This document shows, piece by piece, positions 63,371 through 64,000 of a stretch of 64,000 bases of DNA. The DNA is taken from contig NMRA01000040.1 of the NCBI GenBank assembly GCA_002633005.1, positions 1,237,805 through 1,301,804 on the forward strand. The letters run 5' to 3'. A model generated the notes under the pieces. It did no database searches, had not been told where the DNA came from, and saw only the letters and a program-made list of their open reading frames with translations. Made by a program: the position numbers and the translations under genes. This DNA is from Phoronis australis (Eukaryota; Animalia; Phoronida). Positions within the stretch are counted from its first letter, which is position 1. Every line of letters starts with the position of its first letter.

Positions 63371-64000
63371 ATAGTGAAACTTGCTCTCTAACTCCTTATC
63401 TCTGTGATCGCTCGGTCAAATTAGTTAGAAACACAACATATAGCGACGACGAGAATATGAAGAAGGCTGAAAATTGCCAATTATACGAACGAGTATTGTA
63501 AATCACTCAATCGTGTCCAGTTACTATCGTGACGTGGTGTTGGGAAATAACACAGCATGGTGCGGGTTATATGGGCCTCTAAGGCACGTCTTTAGTGCAA
63601 AGCTCACCTATTTGCAGAATTTCGTGTTTTCACATTTATAAGTTATCAATAACTATAACTGCATTTCGTGTAGAGTAGAGGAAGTTCAAATAGCATTGTA
63701 GTTTAGTTCCCGTTATACATACGCATAATATTATTAGGAGCATGCAAAAACATCTTTAGTGCCCGTTACCATCGATGTCACTTCCGTGAGAAAAAATCAA
63801 CGTGTTCATCAACTACGGAATGTTGTATGTATCTTTCCTGCGCTGTTTTCGTTGTACGGCAAGAATTGAGAAATACCCGTATGTATTGAGGTAGCTAAGA
63901 TCGCTTGCAAACGTGATACTAGCCGGAGTGCTTTTCAACATCATAGCAGTCATTTCAACTTGAAACTGACAAACCTTTGTCGACGACGCTGAACAACGGT

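Overview
Invertebrate animal genomic DNA with spliceosomal introns; the exact taxon cannot be fixed from sequence alone. (1) 250-7400 is a decayed L1/Tx1-type LINE. Its ORF1 is interrupted by two THAP-bearing TIR DNA transposons inserted 37 bp apart. One is an ISL2EU-like non-autonomous element (AT TSD). The other is a 3.85-kb THAP + SWIM/YqaJ (lambda-exonuclease) element with atypical termini and TSD, which itself carries a nested CCCGG-ended MITE. (2) 11111-20305 (minus strand) is a 7-exon gene I assembled by hand. All introns are GT-AG and phase-consistent, giving about 646 aa. It fuses a THAP12/PRKRIR-type THAP zinc finger, a central winged-helix-like and Cys-rich region, a death effector domain (DED) and a C-terminal (VVIGNQSNVD)x4 RHIM/amyloid-like repeat. 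This is the best candidate for an undescribed system. (3) 21.7-24.2 kb is a 5'-truncated CR1/L2-group LINE. (4) 29806-54609+ (minus strand) is the LIM-homeobox gene Lhx2/9 (apterous), with 4 identifiable coding exons. Its large introns contain a LINE fragment flanked by ~75-bp direct repeats, small 5-bp-TSD MITEs, tRNA-like relics, an assembly gap and a probable haplotypic duplication. All domain calls come from motif recognition by eye, not from database searches.
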